64,000 nucleotides of DNA from Octopus sinensis (GCF_006345805.1 NC_043004.1:11656001-11720000), one strand, 5' to 3'. Shown: positions 11,761 through 25,434, counted from the first letter of the stretch. Made by a program: numbers and translations. The notes: a model not told the origin generated them from the letters alone.

Positions 11761-12169
11761 GCGCGCATATACATATATGTATACACACATACACACACAT
11801 ATCTTTGTGTGTGTATGTGTATTCACTCAGTTTATGTATGTGTAACACGTATTTTCTTTGATTAGTTATATGTATTATCGTATATTTTTACGCCAGTAAA
11901 CTCTGTTCTTTCACGGTTTTCTCGATAATAACTCTCGTTCCTATTTGTTTTATTCTGCTTCCCGTTGTTCCTTATTATTCTCTCTACGTTAGTATTCTTC
12001 ATTGTTCTAGTTATTATTGCAAATGTCCTTTTTTGTTGTTGTTTTCTCTTGTCTTTGTTGTCGCTAATGTTATTCTTGTTTTGCTATTTGTCTCTTTTGT
12101 TTCTTTCTCAATTCTTTCCATTCCTTTCACATCGCTAATTCTTATTTCTAATATTTTCTTTCTCTCGTG

Positions 12170-12664
12170 CCTCCACCACCACCACCACACCACCACCACC
12201 ACATCTACCACCCATTCCTCAGCAATTCGCATTTTTCTTTTTCTTTTATCTTTTTTCATTTCTTCTATAAGCATTGGTGCCGTTGCCATTACCATGGTAA
12301 TTATCATCATCATCATTAAACGTCATCCGCTTCATGCGCCTCCTCCTCATCTTCCCATCATCATAATCATTACCGTCATCAAAATCATCCTTTGTCACCA
12401 TCGTCACCATCGTCATCGTCGTCGTCGTCATCAGCGTTATAATTTCCATCGTCGTCATCACCGTTGATGCTGATGGGATTTTCATTGTTGCCGTCATTGA
12501 TATGATTGATGTAATCATCGCCGAAACAGTCAACATCCTCGCTCATTTCATCATTTTCATCATCATCATCGTTGTAATCTTCATTATCACCATCACCATT
12601 ATCATCATCATAATCATCGTCGTCGTCGTCGTCATCATCGTCATCATCGTCATCATCGTCATCG

Positions 12665-12699
<35 letters not shown>

Positions 12700-12761
12700 G
12701 TCGTCGTCGTCGTGATCATCGTCGTAATCGTCATTATCATCATCATCATCATCACCACCAC

Positions 12762-12806
<45 letters not shown>

Positions 12807-12919
12807 AATCATCATAATCATCGTCATCATCATCATCATCATCATCTCATCATCATCACCACCACCATCATCATCATCATAATCATCATAATCGTCATCA
12901 TCATCATCATCATCATCAT

Positions 12920-12951
<32 letters not shown>

Positions 12952-12987
12952 TCATCATCATAATCATCATAATCATCGTCATCGTCG

Positions 12988-13022
<35 letters not shown>

Positions 13023-13075
13023 GTTATTATCGTCATCGTCACGGCATTCTTCATCGCCGTTTTCGCTGTCCTCAT
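12170..13075. repeat. Long degenerate (CAT)n/(CGT)n/(CAC)n array
   Basis: Direct reading. Confidence 0.95.
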
Positions 13076-13554
13076 TCTCCTCCTTCCAGTTTCCTAACTT
13101 GCAGCAATAATGCTTCTCATCTTTCTAATATTAACTCCCACACAAAAAAACACATGTATCCCTTTTCGCCCCTTTAACTATGTTTACTCACCATCTCTTA
13201 TTTTCACGATTACCTCAATTTTCTCAACCCTTGTCCAAAGGCTTTCTTTCAAATTTTTCCTCATCTTTTATTTACGTGCTTTTATTTTTATTTACATTTT
13301 TATTTTATTTTTTTCTCATTAAATTTCTTGTTATCCTCTGTCTGTTATTCTCAGCAATTCTATTTTTATTCTTTCTTCCTTTAATGCCTTCCTGTTATTT
13401 TAACACTAAACAACTAAATTTCTAATTTACTCCGAAGAAACATTTCTTCCCATATCTATATTTACAAAGCAATTTTTTTTTCTTAACTTTTCAATATATT
13501 CTGAGACAATATTGTTTACAGAATCCTTTATATATGATGGTAGGAGGATTATAT

Positions 13555-13760
13555 ATATCGGTTTCAAATTCTGACACAAAGCCAGCACTTTTGGGGTTAT
13601 ATCGACCCAAGTGTGCGAATGGTTCTTATTTTAACAACTTCAAAATGATGAAAGGCAAACTCGACTTAGGTGGAATTTGAACTCAGAACGTAAAGACGGA
13701 CGAAATACCGCTAAGCATTAAGTCCGACGTGGTAACTTTTCTGCCACCTCGGCGCCTTGA
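13555..13760 (-). mobile_element. tRNA-derived SINE family B (Nin/Deu-like central domain GTCGACTTTGCCTTTCATC)
   Basis: Reverse complement of the family at 22401 and 61905; domain assignment from recall. Confidence 0.75.
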
Positions 13761-13792
13761 AGAATAGAGGAGTAGTTGTGTGGTGAGTAGCT

Positions 13793-13953
13793 AGGCGCAG
13801 GAGTGGCTGTGTGGTAACTAGCTTGCTTACCAACCACGTGGTTCCGGGTACGGTCCCACTGCGTAGCACCTTGGGCGAAGGTCTACTATAGCCTCGGGCC
13901 GACCAAAGCCTTGTGAGTGGATTTGGTAGACGGAAATGGAAAGAAGCCTGTCG

Positions 13954-13955
<2 letters not shown>
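13793..13955 (+). mobile_element. SINE family A, 5' half followed by (GT)n
   Basis: Near-consensus head AGGCGCAGGAGTGGCTGTGTGG. Confidence 0.85.
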
Positions 13956-14004
<49 letters not shown>

Positions 14005-15052
14005 GTGTGTGCCTGTGTGTGCGTGTGTGTGCGTGCGTGTGTGTGTGCGTGTGTGTGTGTGGTGTGTGTGTGTGTGCGTGTGTGTGTGCCTGTGTGTGCG
14101 TGTGTGTGCGTGCGTGTGTGTGTGCGTGTGTGTGTGTGTGTGTGTGTGCGTGTGTGTTTTATTTGAGCACTATGCATCTATACGAGATGTTTTTTCACGT
14201 TGAATACCGCAGCCTTCTATTATCCTATATATATATACAAACAAGGTACTAAAACTAATTTATAGTGCTACAAGGTAGATTTAATAGGCTTGCTTTTATC
14301 ACCAAACAGTCAGGTACTTGGTGATAAATTTGCGTGAACACGCGGCACACGCGCAGCATGTATGCACGTAACATCTGCATACGTATATTAATACAGAAAC
14401 AACGCACATTCATCTCATAGAAGTCATATCTACATGCATACTATTAAGATATAAAGAAGAATCATATTTACGGAAAAGGTCACAAGCACGCGTGTGTGCA
14501 TCTACGCATGCGTATGTGTGTGCTAGAATACAGATATATACACATATATAAATGTGTGTATATGTACATGTGTACAGAGACGTATTTTTATGTGTATGTT
14601 CGCATATAATTCAAACATTATTCATATACATATACATAAACACATATTATATATATATATATATAATATATATATATATATATAATATATATATATATAT
14701 AATATATATATATATAATATATATATATATATTATATATATGTGTGTGTATATATATAAATATACATGTATACATATATGTATATATGCACATACACGTG
14801 TGTGTGAGTGTTAGATTACCGTGTAAACGTATAAACATATACATTTGATTGTATACATGTATACACTCATGCTTACATATATGCATTCACACATATTTAT
14901 TTCTACAAACACAAACTCACACACGTGTATGTATGCATGCGTGAGCATAATATACCTGTTTGTCTATGCGTGTGCGTATATATATATGTGTGTGTGTGCG
15001 TGTGTGTGTGTGTTTGCATATATGCATGCATACATTCGAATATATATATATT

Positions 15053-15118
<66 letters not shown>

Positions 15119-15689
15119 TGTTCGCGCCTATATAGCTTTGTGTGTGTACGTTCGTGATGGGTGATAACCCAATTGTAAACAATCAATTATCATGTCTTTG
15201 TCCGCTAGCCGGGCTTTTGAATCATTGAATGCCTCTATATTATCTGTTTATATTCAGACAAGTTTGCCAAAATCAAGGGGAATCACTAAAAGAAATTCTA
15301 ACGTCAATTGGCGACCAAAACCTTTACAACTTGAGAAATCGTGACAAACTTTCGGTGCCCTTTAGTTGTATTTCAGCTTTGAAGTGTTAGTAAATATATT
15401 ACTCAAAGAATTTTTATCTTCTGTAACAGACTGTCTGGTTATATTTGGTAGGTCTCTAGTTCAAACCAGGCTCTTCATCTATTTACCATTCCTTGTTAGA
15501 GACATTAGGTTTTGAATACACGGGAGAGCATATATATTCGCAATATGATAGTGAACCATTTTCGCAGATTATACCCTAGAGGTGTGGCGGAGCAACTACG
15601 ACATGCAGCACACAGCGCGTGCTTTTATGTGCTCCACGATGGACTTTTAAAGAGAAACTCTTGCTGCAATATATAAGGGAACTCACTCA

Positions 15690-15905
15690 CTCAATATTGG
15701 TTTCAAATTTTGGCACAAGGTCAACAATTTTGTGGGGAGGGGTTAAGTCGATTGCATTGACTCCAGTACTCAACTGGTACTGGTACTTATTTTATCGACC
15801 ACGGAAGGATGAAAGACAAATTCGATCTCGGTGGAATTTGAACTCAAAACGTAAAGACCAACGAAAAGCCGTTAAGCATTTTTTTTCCGGCTTGCTAACG
15901 ATTCT
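15690..15905 (-). mobile_element. SINE family B
   Basis: Reverse-complement match to family B. Confidence 0.75.
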
Positions 15906-16224
15906 GCTATTTTTCCACCTTTCAGTCACTCAGTACTAACCATGGCATCTGCATATGTGTATCCAAGCATGAGCATGATTTTGTTTTTCTTACGATGCCA
16001 GCGATAGGTACCCAGAAGTTTGAAAAAGTAACATCGTCGGCGAAATGGTGGATGTAAACAGGTAAACTACGGTATAAAAATAGGAATTCGAAATATCGTA
16101 GGGAACACCACAACAACCAACAAAATCCAACAAGATCCAACAGGTTTGCTTTAAGCACAAAGTAAATCTCTCAGAATCATCACAGTTACTTAGCATGAAT
16201 CGGCCGGAAATATGAGAGTTCAAC

Positions 16225-16620
16225 ATTTTAAACCGGCAGATGACAACTTAATGCAACAAGAGCGTATTACAAATTACACATACACCAACGCCCATCATAT
16301 TTGTCGAAGTATCTAATTAGACACTACACAAGAATTGGCAATTTTTATTTAACTAAAATTAAGACCTTTTTTTTTCTATTTCTCATTTTAAACTGACAGA
16401 CGACAGCTTAATACAGTAACAGTGTTTTACAAATTGCACATACATCAATGTTCAGTACATCCATCTTAAAGTTATACAGTTATCATACAGCTCAAGAAAA
16501 CACTACACAAGAATCGGCAAGTTTTAGTTTGCAACTAAAGTTCAGATCTTTTCCCCAATTCATCAGTTTAAACCGACAGGTGACAACTAGGTTAAACAAA
16601 CTGGACATACACAAATGACT
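16225..16620. repeat. Degenerate tandem repeat, ~160-180-bp period, about 2.3 units
   Basis: TTTAAAC(C/T)G(G/A)CAG.(T/C)GACA(A/G)CT at ~16227, 16387, 16568; CACTACACAAGAAT(T/C)GGCAA at 16322 and 16501. Confidence 0.65.
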
Positions 16621-16899
16621 ATTACAGCTATCTTAGAGCTATAGGTTCATCGTACTTAGAAAAAACTATTCCAATATCCGGTAATTTTATGTTTACTACT
16701 AATATTATGACCCCGCTGATCACTCTCTCCATTTTTTTCTTTTCTCTTTTTTAGTTTTAGCCGACAGATGATAGCTAAGTACAACAAATCACATATGATT
16801 GATATCTTTGATATCAATGCTAGAACGATGGTATCATTGAAATGACTGAGAAAGCACATAATAATATTCATCATATTTATGTTTGCAGCTAAAATTATA

Positions 16900-17290
16900 A
16901 CTCCTTTAGCTATTCCCCAGTTTAAACGGATAGTTGATTGCTTGATCTCAAACGCATATGCAGCTCAGACAATCATATGTGTGTGGAGCAACGATATTAT
17001 CGTTCTCTCTCAGTCAACACTGCTCAAAACTCGATGTATTTTTGCTCGTACTTCACTACAATGAAGATGTTCTTGTGAAATTTCTTCGTGTCTTCAGTCA
17101 CCAAATCTGGAACCATCTGTCTGAAGACTGGTCTCAAATTATCAACCATTGATTGTAATGATTCATCGTGAACCCGAATTCGGCATTTGACTTGGTCCCT
17201 CAGAAACATTGTCCCTTTCACTCTGTTTCTAAGTTTAGTTCGAAAGGAAAACTGATACTCTCCAGGAAGGCATTTTTCAAGAATTCAAAC
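16900..17290 (-). pseudogene. Possible highly degenerate RTE-clade LINE 3' coding remnant
   Basis: GEY..R..RVKGTMFLRDQVK resembles the RTE GEL..R..GRP..RFKDQLK segment; many stops. Confidence 0.3.
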
Positions 17291-17694
17291 ATCTAAGCTG
17301 AACGAACAATGAAATACTCCAGTTTCTTTCAGTTACCAATGCAACATAAAAATATATGAATTTTTTTCTTCTTTTTGAAAACCGCATTCCCGCCCCAGCC
17401 CTTAGAAAAATATGTAATTGTATATATACATAAATATTCAATATTCTGATTCCACACATGAATGAATAAAACCGATATTTTGTATGAAATGTAGTAATAG
17501 ACGGTTTATAGACGATTACACCGGCTTACTGTATGTAAAATAGCGCTAATTACATTATTGACAGCAGAAATATGAAAGACAACATTTATACCAGTTAAAT
17601 TTCATATGAGAATTTAAAGGGAAGAATTTGCATAAAACAGATATGGCTTAACACATTACCGACTCAGACGTTCAATCTTCATAGAGACATACGC

Positions 17695-17735
<41 letters not shown>

Positions 17736-17829
17736 GTGTGTGAGCGTGTGATGTGTGTGTGTGTGTGTGTGTGCGTGCGTATTCGTGATTGTGTGTATAT
17801 GTACAGACTTGCTTTATTATAGTTGTTGC

Positions 17830-17990
17830 TGCATAGGTGCAGATATGGCTGTGAGGTAAAAACCTTCCTTTCCACCCACATCGTTCCGAGTTCAGTCCCA
17901 TTGCGTGGCACCTTGGGCCAAGTGTCTTCTACTGTAGCCTCGAGCCGATCAAATACTTGTTAGTAGATTTGATAGACGGAATCTGATATG
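17830..17990 (+). mobile_element. SINE family A, 5' half
   Basis: Head and body match. Confidence 0.8.
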
Positions 17991-18066
17991 TATATAGGTA
18001 CATTTATATGACTGCTTGATTACTTTTGTAATATGTACTGTATATATATATATATATATATATATA

Positions 18067-19075
18067 CAGAGGCATGAAGGGAGTAAATAGACACCTTTAA
18101 TTTTCAAATTTTTTTATTTAATACGCCAGGGGAACAATTAAAATGTAATCGATAGGTAGGACTAAATACTTTAGTATTTAGTTGACATCTTTGGTGTTTT
18201 AATTCAGAAACTCTTTTTGGCATTGAACTAATGACCTTTGTGATTGTCTCTTGTGGAATTTCTGTCCACTTTTCACGCAACAATCGAATTCGTTCATCTT
18301 TACATTTAGGTTTCTCTCGAGTTTTTCGTATAGCTCTATCTAGTATGCTCCAAAGATTTTCAATTGGGTTCATATCAGCAGATTGGCTCAGCCAAGGAAA
18401 CTTTTTCATCTCATTTTCAGTCATCCATTGTTGATTCCTTTTCATTGTGTAGCATGGAGCCTCATCTTCCATAAATAAAAACTCATTTTTCGTTATGTTA
18501 TCGTGTGAATACATCGGAAGTAGTCCTTGCTTAAGTATTTCGATGTATTTTTCAGAGTTTATGGTTCCAACACATTCGATCAGCTCAGAACAACCATTAG
18601 TGGTGACAGCTCTCCATAGCATTACAGAGATACCGCCATGTTTCACAGTTGGTTGGAGTCGTTTCAAATCAAATTCCTGATTTGGAAGCCTCCAGACCCA
18701 AACACGTCCACTGTCTGAAAATAATGGAAATCTGGATTCATCTGAGAAGATCACTCTATCCGCTGATTCTTGTCCTTGGCTTTTGAATTGCACTATAATT
18801 CTATTAACATTAGCAAGAGGAATTTGAAGATTTTCCGCAAATTTTCACTGACTAAGATCAGCCTCAGATTGCCCAACAATACGACCTCTTTGGAAATGCG
18901 ACAGTTCTGCTGAATTTTTTGTGCGTGATATGGTTACTCTTCCCAAATGTTTAATATAACAGCACCTGGAATGAATAATTACATTGTAAATTCTACACCG
19001 CAAAAAACATATTAAGACGCTTAAATCAGAAATTTTGAAAATTAAAGGTGTCTTTTTACTTCCTGCATGTCTGTG
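18067..19075 (-). mobile_element. Tc1-type DNA transposon (DD34E) with both TIRs, TA flanks and an internal deletion
   Basis: Imperfect ~40-bp TIRs, TA at 18065-66 and 19076-77; VIFSDESRF, MEDEAPCY + 34 aa + E (NPIENLW); first HTH joined directly to the catalytic domain. Confidence 0.92.
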
Positions 19076-19205
19076 TATGTGTGTGTGTGTGTGTGTGCAT
19101 TTGTATGTGTGTGTGTATTTGTGTGTATGAAGTGTGTCTGTGTGTGTGTCTGTGTGTGTGTATGTACACACACACACATATATGTATATCTATAGCTGCA
19201 AAGTC

Positions 19206-19254
19206 GCCATGATTGTCTAGTGGTTACGACACCACGTTGTGGCACTGGTAACCC
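19206..19254 (+). pseudogene. Truncated tRNA-His(GTG)-like fragment (acceptor 5' strand, D arm, anticodon loop; no T arm)
   Basis: GCCATGATTGTCTAGTGGTTACGACACCACG-TTGTGGC-ACTGGTAACCC parallels eukaryotic tRNA-His. Confidence 0.55.
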
Positions 19255-19628
19255 TTAACGCATACATACATACACATGCACATAATAAACAAACACATAT
19301 ATACACACAAACATGCATATATATATGTATATATATATATATTATATATATATATAATATATAATATATATATATATATATACATACATACATATATACA
19401 TACATACATACATATATATATATATACTTATATATGATGAAATTAAGCATATGACTGCCTGTCCAGGTCGATCGACAGATAGATAGATAGATAGATGATA
19501 GATAAAGTAGGTAGGTAGGTAGGTAGGCAGACAGGTCGTAGTTAGCTAGGTAGGAAGGTAGATAGACAATTATTATTCATCTATTTATGTGTGCGTGCGC
19601 GCGCGTGTGTGTTTGAATATATATATAC

Positions 19629-19700
<72 letters not shown>

Positions 19701-19849
19701 ATCATCTTATAAATTATATATACGGACGCGTGCATATAAAGTATCTTTGCTTAAAAGCGTCTGTTAACGTGATCAGCAGCAGCAGCAGCGTCGTTGTCAT
19801 CATCATCTCGTCATTATCATTATTATTATTATCAGCATCAGCATCATCA

Positions 19850-19919
<70 letters not shown>

Positions 19920-20289
19920 CATCATCATCATCATCATCATTATTATTATTGCTTCTATTTGCGAAAGTATATTTAAACTTACAAACAACACAGCATGAAA
20001 TTAGTAAAGAAAGAAAGCAAACATTTGTAAGTACGAAACTAATATCTTGTTCAGCCTCACCTACAGCTAACCACACACACACACACACACACAATTTCTA
20101 TAAACCCTGCAAGATAAATAAATAAGAAGTTGTAATAGGTTTCTCTATTGAACAGTAAATTAATAGGAGTGGTACATTTACTGCTTTATAAGCATTTTTC
20201 TAATTGGTCTTTATTTCTAATTTGAAAATTGTAAAGCAATTTATCGGAACGTTATTCTCATTATTGCTTATTTGTACACAATAACGTTG

Positions 20290-20510
20290 AAGATGGTGGC
20301 GATGATTATAATAGGTTAGCACGTCGGACAACATATTTCGTAGTCTATCATCTGTTTTCATGTTCTGAGTTCAAATTCTGCCAAGGTCGGCTTTGCCTTT
20401 CAGTCTTTCAGGGTCGATGAAACAGGCACCAGTGGAGTACTGGGGGTCGATGTAATAGGCTTATCCCTTCACCCGAGGCTGCTGACTTTATACCAAAATT
20501 TGTATCGATT
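20290..20510 (+). mobile_element. SINE family B
   Basis: GTTCTGAGTTCAAATTC and GTCGGCTTTGCCTTTCA motifs. Confidence 0.75.
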
Positions 20511-20539
20511 ATTATTACTATTATTATTTAATGATAACT

Positions 20540-20706
20540 CATGGCTGTGTGGTAAGTAATTTGCTAACGAACCACATGGTTCTGATTTCAGTCCCACTGC
20601 GTGGCACCTTGAGTAAGTGTCTTCTACTATAGCCTCGGGCCGACCAAAACCATGTGAGTAGATTTGGTAGACGGAAACAGAAGGAAGCCCATCGTATATA
20701 TGTATG

Positions 20707-20803
<97 letters not shown>

Positions 20804-20975
20804 GTGTGTGTGCGTATGTTTGTGTGTCTGTGTTTGTCCCACCAACATCGGTTGACAATCGATGCTGGTGTGTTTACGCCCCGCAACTTAGCGGTTCGGC
20901 AGAAGAGATAGATACAATTACAAAGAAAAAGTCCTGGGATCGATTTGCTCGACTAAAGGCGGTGCTCCAGAACCG
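20540..20975 (+). mobile_element. SINE family A with expanded central (GT)n
   Basis: Head, central microsatellite and 3' half present. Confidence 0.85.
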
Positions 20976-20982
20976 AGGCTTT

Positions 20983-21078
20983 AGTAGAAGGCACTTGCCC
21001 AAGGTGCCACACTGTGGGACTGAACCCAGAACCATGTGGTTGGTAAGCAAGCTACTTACCACACAGCCACTCCTGCGC
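20983..21078 (-). mobile_element. SINE family A head fragment
   Basis: Carries a single uninterrupted GTAAGCAAGCTACTT at 21043-21057. Confidence 0.8.
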
Positions 21079-21096
21079 TTATATGATTATTATTTA

Positions 21097-21158
<62 letters not shown>

Positions 21159-21526
21159 CAATAATGTCATTATTAGGGTGGCGTCCTGGGAGAAGCGTTA
21201 ACAAGCCGGAGAAAAACTTGTGGCAAGCAGATGGCCAAGCGGACATGTCTCAGGAAATATCGGCCATCTCGATGCTTCTGTTCACACAACTAAAATAAGA
21301 AAGCGTAACCAGGACCGACTGTTTCCGACGCCATAGCTGCCACAACAAGAGAGTGCAGCAAGAGAATTAGTAGACATAAAAGCAGCAGGGAATAAAGCAA
21401 ACCTCAATAACAGCATCTGGACCACCACCACCACCACCACCAACGACAACAACAGCAACAGAAACAACGACAACACCGCCGCCGTGGAGATAGTAACAGC
21501 TATAACGCCAACAACATCAACAGCGG

Positions 21527-21725
21527 AGGCGCGATGGCATAGTGGTTAGGGCAGCGAGCTCGCGGTCGTAAGAACGCGGTTTCGATTCCCAGACCGAGCA
21601 TTGTGAGTGTTTATTGAGAAAAAAACATCTAAGCTCCACGCAGCTCCTCCGGCGAGGGAGGATGGTGAACCCCGCTGTACTCTTTCACCACAACTTTCTC
21701 TCACTCTTTCTTCCTACTTCTGCCA
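21527..21725 (+). mobile_element. tRNA-derived SINE family C
   Basis: A box TGGCATAGTGG, B box GGTTTCGATTCC; same family on minus strand at 42040-42220 and 44625-44913. Confidence 0.8.
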
Positions 21726-22018
21726 CAAAGCAGAGGAACCATGGTTGTAATCCACTATGGTGTGGTAAACTTTCAGACACTAGTCTAGATTGCGAATCCT
21801 CTGAACCCCATGATGGTTCAGCTCTCCACCCGTTAAAAACCACAGTTTACGACATGAGAATAACAACGGAGCTTTCGCGCACGTGCAACCGCCAGACCAT
21901 CACGTGTGGTGGGTGAATCTTCAAGTTGCCCCACGCATTCTTTGTAGCTTAGAGTGAGCTCGGATTAGAGATTATTCTTTGTGGCTAATGGCGTGTGAGT
22001 CCTGATTGAAAGAAGAAG

Positions 22019-22049
<31 letters not shown>

Positions 22050-22400
22050 GGTAGTAGTAGTAGTAGTAGTAGTAGCAGAAGAAGAAGAAGAAGAACAAGA
22101 ACAACAAGAACAACAACAACAGCAACACCACCAACAACAACAACAACAATGACAACGCCATCACCTACACCCAGAACTTGTGGAGATAGTAACAGCTGTA
22201 GCACCAACAGCATCAACATCAAGCTCGACAGCGGTAGCTACTGAGCTAGCGAAAAATAATGAATATAACAAAATAATCGCCACCGGAATATATCCCTACC
22301 CAGGACAGACATAGCTGTATACCCAGGCTATTAAATTTCTCCACTTATTTGGCAAATACAATGGAGTCCTTACTCCATTTATATTGTCATAACAGCAAGA

Positions 22401-22970
22401 CGGTGAGCTGGCAGAAACGTTAGCACACCGGGCGAAATGCTTAGCGGTATTTCGTCTGTCTTTACGTTCTGAGTTCAAATTCCGCCGATGTCGACTTTGC
22501 CTTTCATCCTTTCGAGGTCGGTTAAATAAGTACCAGTTACGCACTGGGGTCGATGTAATCGACTTAATCCGTTTGTCTGTCCTTGTTTGTCCTCTCTGTG
22601 TTTAGCCCCTTGTGGGTGGTAAAGAAATAGGTATTTCGTCTGTCTTTACGTTCTGGGTTCAAATTCCGCCGAGATCGACTTTGCCTTTCATTCTTTCGGG
22701 CCTTGTGCCTAGAGTAGAAAAGAAAATGTCCCTTTGTGGCTATAATAAAGAAAGAGAGCTGGCAGAATCGTTAGCATCCGGGGCGAAATGCTTAGCGGTA
22801 TTTCGTATGCCGTTACGTTCTGAGTTCAAATTCCGCCGAGGTCGACTTTGCCTTTCATCCTTTCGGGGTCGATAAATTAAGTACCAGTTGCGTACTGAGA
22901 TTGATCTAATCGACTACCCGCCTCCCCCAAAATGTCGGCCCTTGTGCCTAGAGTAGAAAAGGACATTGAC
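22401..22970 (+). mobile_element. Cluster of SINE family B: dimer (22401-22720) plus monomer (22762-22970)
   Basis: Repeated GTATTTCGTCTG..GTTCAAATTCCGCCGA..GACTTTGCCTTTCAT units. Confidence 0.85.
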
Positions 22971-23821
22971 ATAGCAGCTCTGAAGCGTGGTTATACAATA
23001 ATTGTATCCTGTATGTAAGTTAATTTCAACAATACTAGTCCAAATTAAATTAATACATCTACTTCCCTTCTCCACAGCATAATTACCTCTACAAAGCTTA
23101 TAATTCTCTTCTGCTTTCAATATTTTTTAACTAACACTAATTTATTTATCTTATAACACTTTTTCTTGCTTGGACGATGGCGTTTAAACGTAGACATTCT
23201 TTGATTTTTTCTAATTTAATTTCCCTACATCTGAACATCATTTTACATTTGCTTGGCCATACTGACTTAATTATTTTAGTAACTAGTTTAAGTTAATATT
23301 TTTCCTTACGAGGAAGAACAAGGCAGAAACTTGTCCAGTGTTATCCCCTCATGCAATCTGAGCAACTCAAAACTATATTATAAGAATAATGATATTTAAT
23401 TTTGGCTGTATTTTTTTCTCACTACACATATTTTTTAGATGTTTCTAGTTAAACTTTTTCATACTTCTTGCATTAAATATCACAGTTTCTATCTTTTTCA
23501 TGCTTCTTCCATTAAAAATTGTACTGGCTTAACTATTGTTACACTCATCAACTTCATTCAGACCCTTCCAATATACTTATCGTGTCTACGACAAAGAAGT
23601 ACTATCACCATGCTAGAAGAACTTATCTTATTTTACAAATCTCATCAGAGACTATACTGCTTCTAAAATTTTTCACTCATGTCTCCACATTCACTTAATA
23701 AAATAGAAAATGGCTTCTCAGATTCATTGTTATAGGCAAACACAGACACACGCAACCACACATGCGCAGACGAGTAGGCATACATAGGAATATGTAACGT
23801 ATATGTATGTACGTATGTATG

Positions 23822-23911
<90 letters not shown>

Positions 23912-24184
23912 TAGATATATAGAGATATAGAGATATATATAGATATATAGGCGTGTGTATGATAGATAGATATAGATATATAGAGATATAGAGATATATA
24001 TAGATATATAGGCGTGTGTATTTTTTTTCCTGTTTGTCAATATATATGTGTGCACGAACACTTCGTTTATCAGTTCACATTTTCTTCATGAATATAGAGA
24101 TATGCTCTAGCGCAGACAATAGTATACATAATTTTAAATTACATGTATATTATTTTGAATAGGATGGGAGTAATTATTCTGGTG

Positions 24185-24217
<33 letters not shown>

Positions 24218-24325
24218 GAGCGTGTGTGTGCATGCGTTTGGATATGTGTGCCTGTGTGTGCACATGTTAGTGTATGTTATATATATAGTTTTTTCTATAT
24301 ATGGTTAATATATATGTATATTTTT

Positions 24326-24357
<32 letters not shown>

Positions 24358-24394
24358 AATATATATGTATGTATAAAGTTAATCCAAATATGAA

Positions 24395-24590
24395 AACACA
24401 AAGAGAAATCACAACAACGCGAGGAGGACGTGGAACAAGTATAGTATTATTGGACGCTCAGGAAAGAACGAAAGAAGGAGGGTTTAACGTTTCGAGCGGA
24501 GATCTTCGTCGGAAACATAGGAAAAGGAAAGATCCAAAGAAGGGAAGACGGAGGGAAAAAAATCGACAACGGTACACATGCATCACATTT
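24395..24590 (-). mobile_element. Penelope-type terminal-repeat fragment with degenerate minimal hammerhead
   Basis: Minus strand TTT-CCGACGA-AGATC-TCC-GCTC-GAAACGTT-AAA at 24483-24515; PLE link is inference. Confidence 0.45.
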
Positions 24591-24989
24591 TATAATATAT
24601 ATATATATTATATATAATATATATATATATATATATACATATGAAAGTTAGAGGTTGTTAATCCAACCCAATAAGAGATTATGCTATGTATATATATATA
24701 TATATATAATTAATAATGCATATATATATGAAAATATATCTGCATGTACGCATACATGCATATATATATACATATATATTTATATATATCTGTGTGTGTG
24801 TGTGTAATTACGGTATCTTCTGTTAAAAACGTAGTGGAGTACAGTATAAAGCTCGTCTACCCTCAGATTTCACCCTGTGTTAACCAGTAGTAGTATTATA
24901 CGTACTTCCTGCACGTCTGGAAACTACGTTACATAGAAGCAATTGTAGTGTTTGAAAATAAATGTCGAACCGTACTCCAAATTTTTTAC

Positions 24990-25028
<39 letters not shown>

Positions 25029-25030
<2 letters not shown>

Positions 25031-25328
25031 CAAAATAAGCAACAAGGATATCCAGAGGTACTGCAGTATGATCGTTTCATGCGACTCTATTTCATTGAAT
25101 AATGCAAACATTACATCAATTTAAAAAGTAGAGTGATCTTTAGCTGCATAAAAATATAGAGAAATTAGTTAAATTCGAATGAGTTCTTCGAATTTAACTA
25201 AATTCTATATTTTTATGCACCTGAAGATTGCTCTACATTATAAAATGATGTAATCTTTGCATTGTTCAATTAAATGGAGTCGCATGAAACGATTGTACTG
25301 CATTACCTCTGGATTCCTTGTTGCTTAT

Positions 25329-25333
<5 letters not shown>
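25029..25333. repeat. Fold-back element, ~150-bp arms, each arm with a degenerate minimal hammerhead
   Basis: 25029-25178 inverted at 25187-25333; + arm CTGAAGA 25221-27 ... GAAAC-GATT-GTA-CTGCA 25286-25302; flanked by (TA)n on both sides. Confidence 0.85.
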
Positions 25334-25382
<49 letters not shown>

Positions 25383-25387
25383 TATAT

Positions 25388-25434
<47 letters not shown>

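Noticed and set aside
23160-23700. Possible AP-endonuclease remnant (ETVIFNARSM) on minus strand
   Set aside because: Single short motif, no collinear support
23900-24021. ~61-bp tandem duplication
   Set aside because: Slippage product within a (TAGA)/(TA) microsatellite
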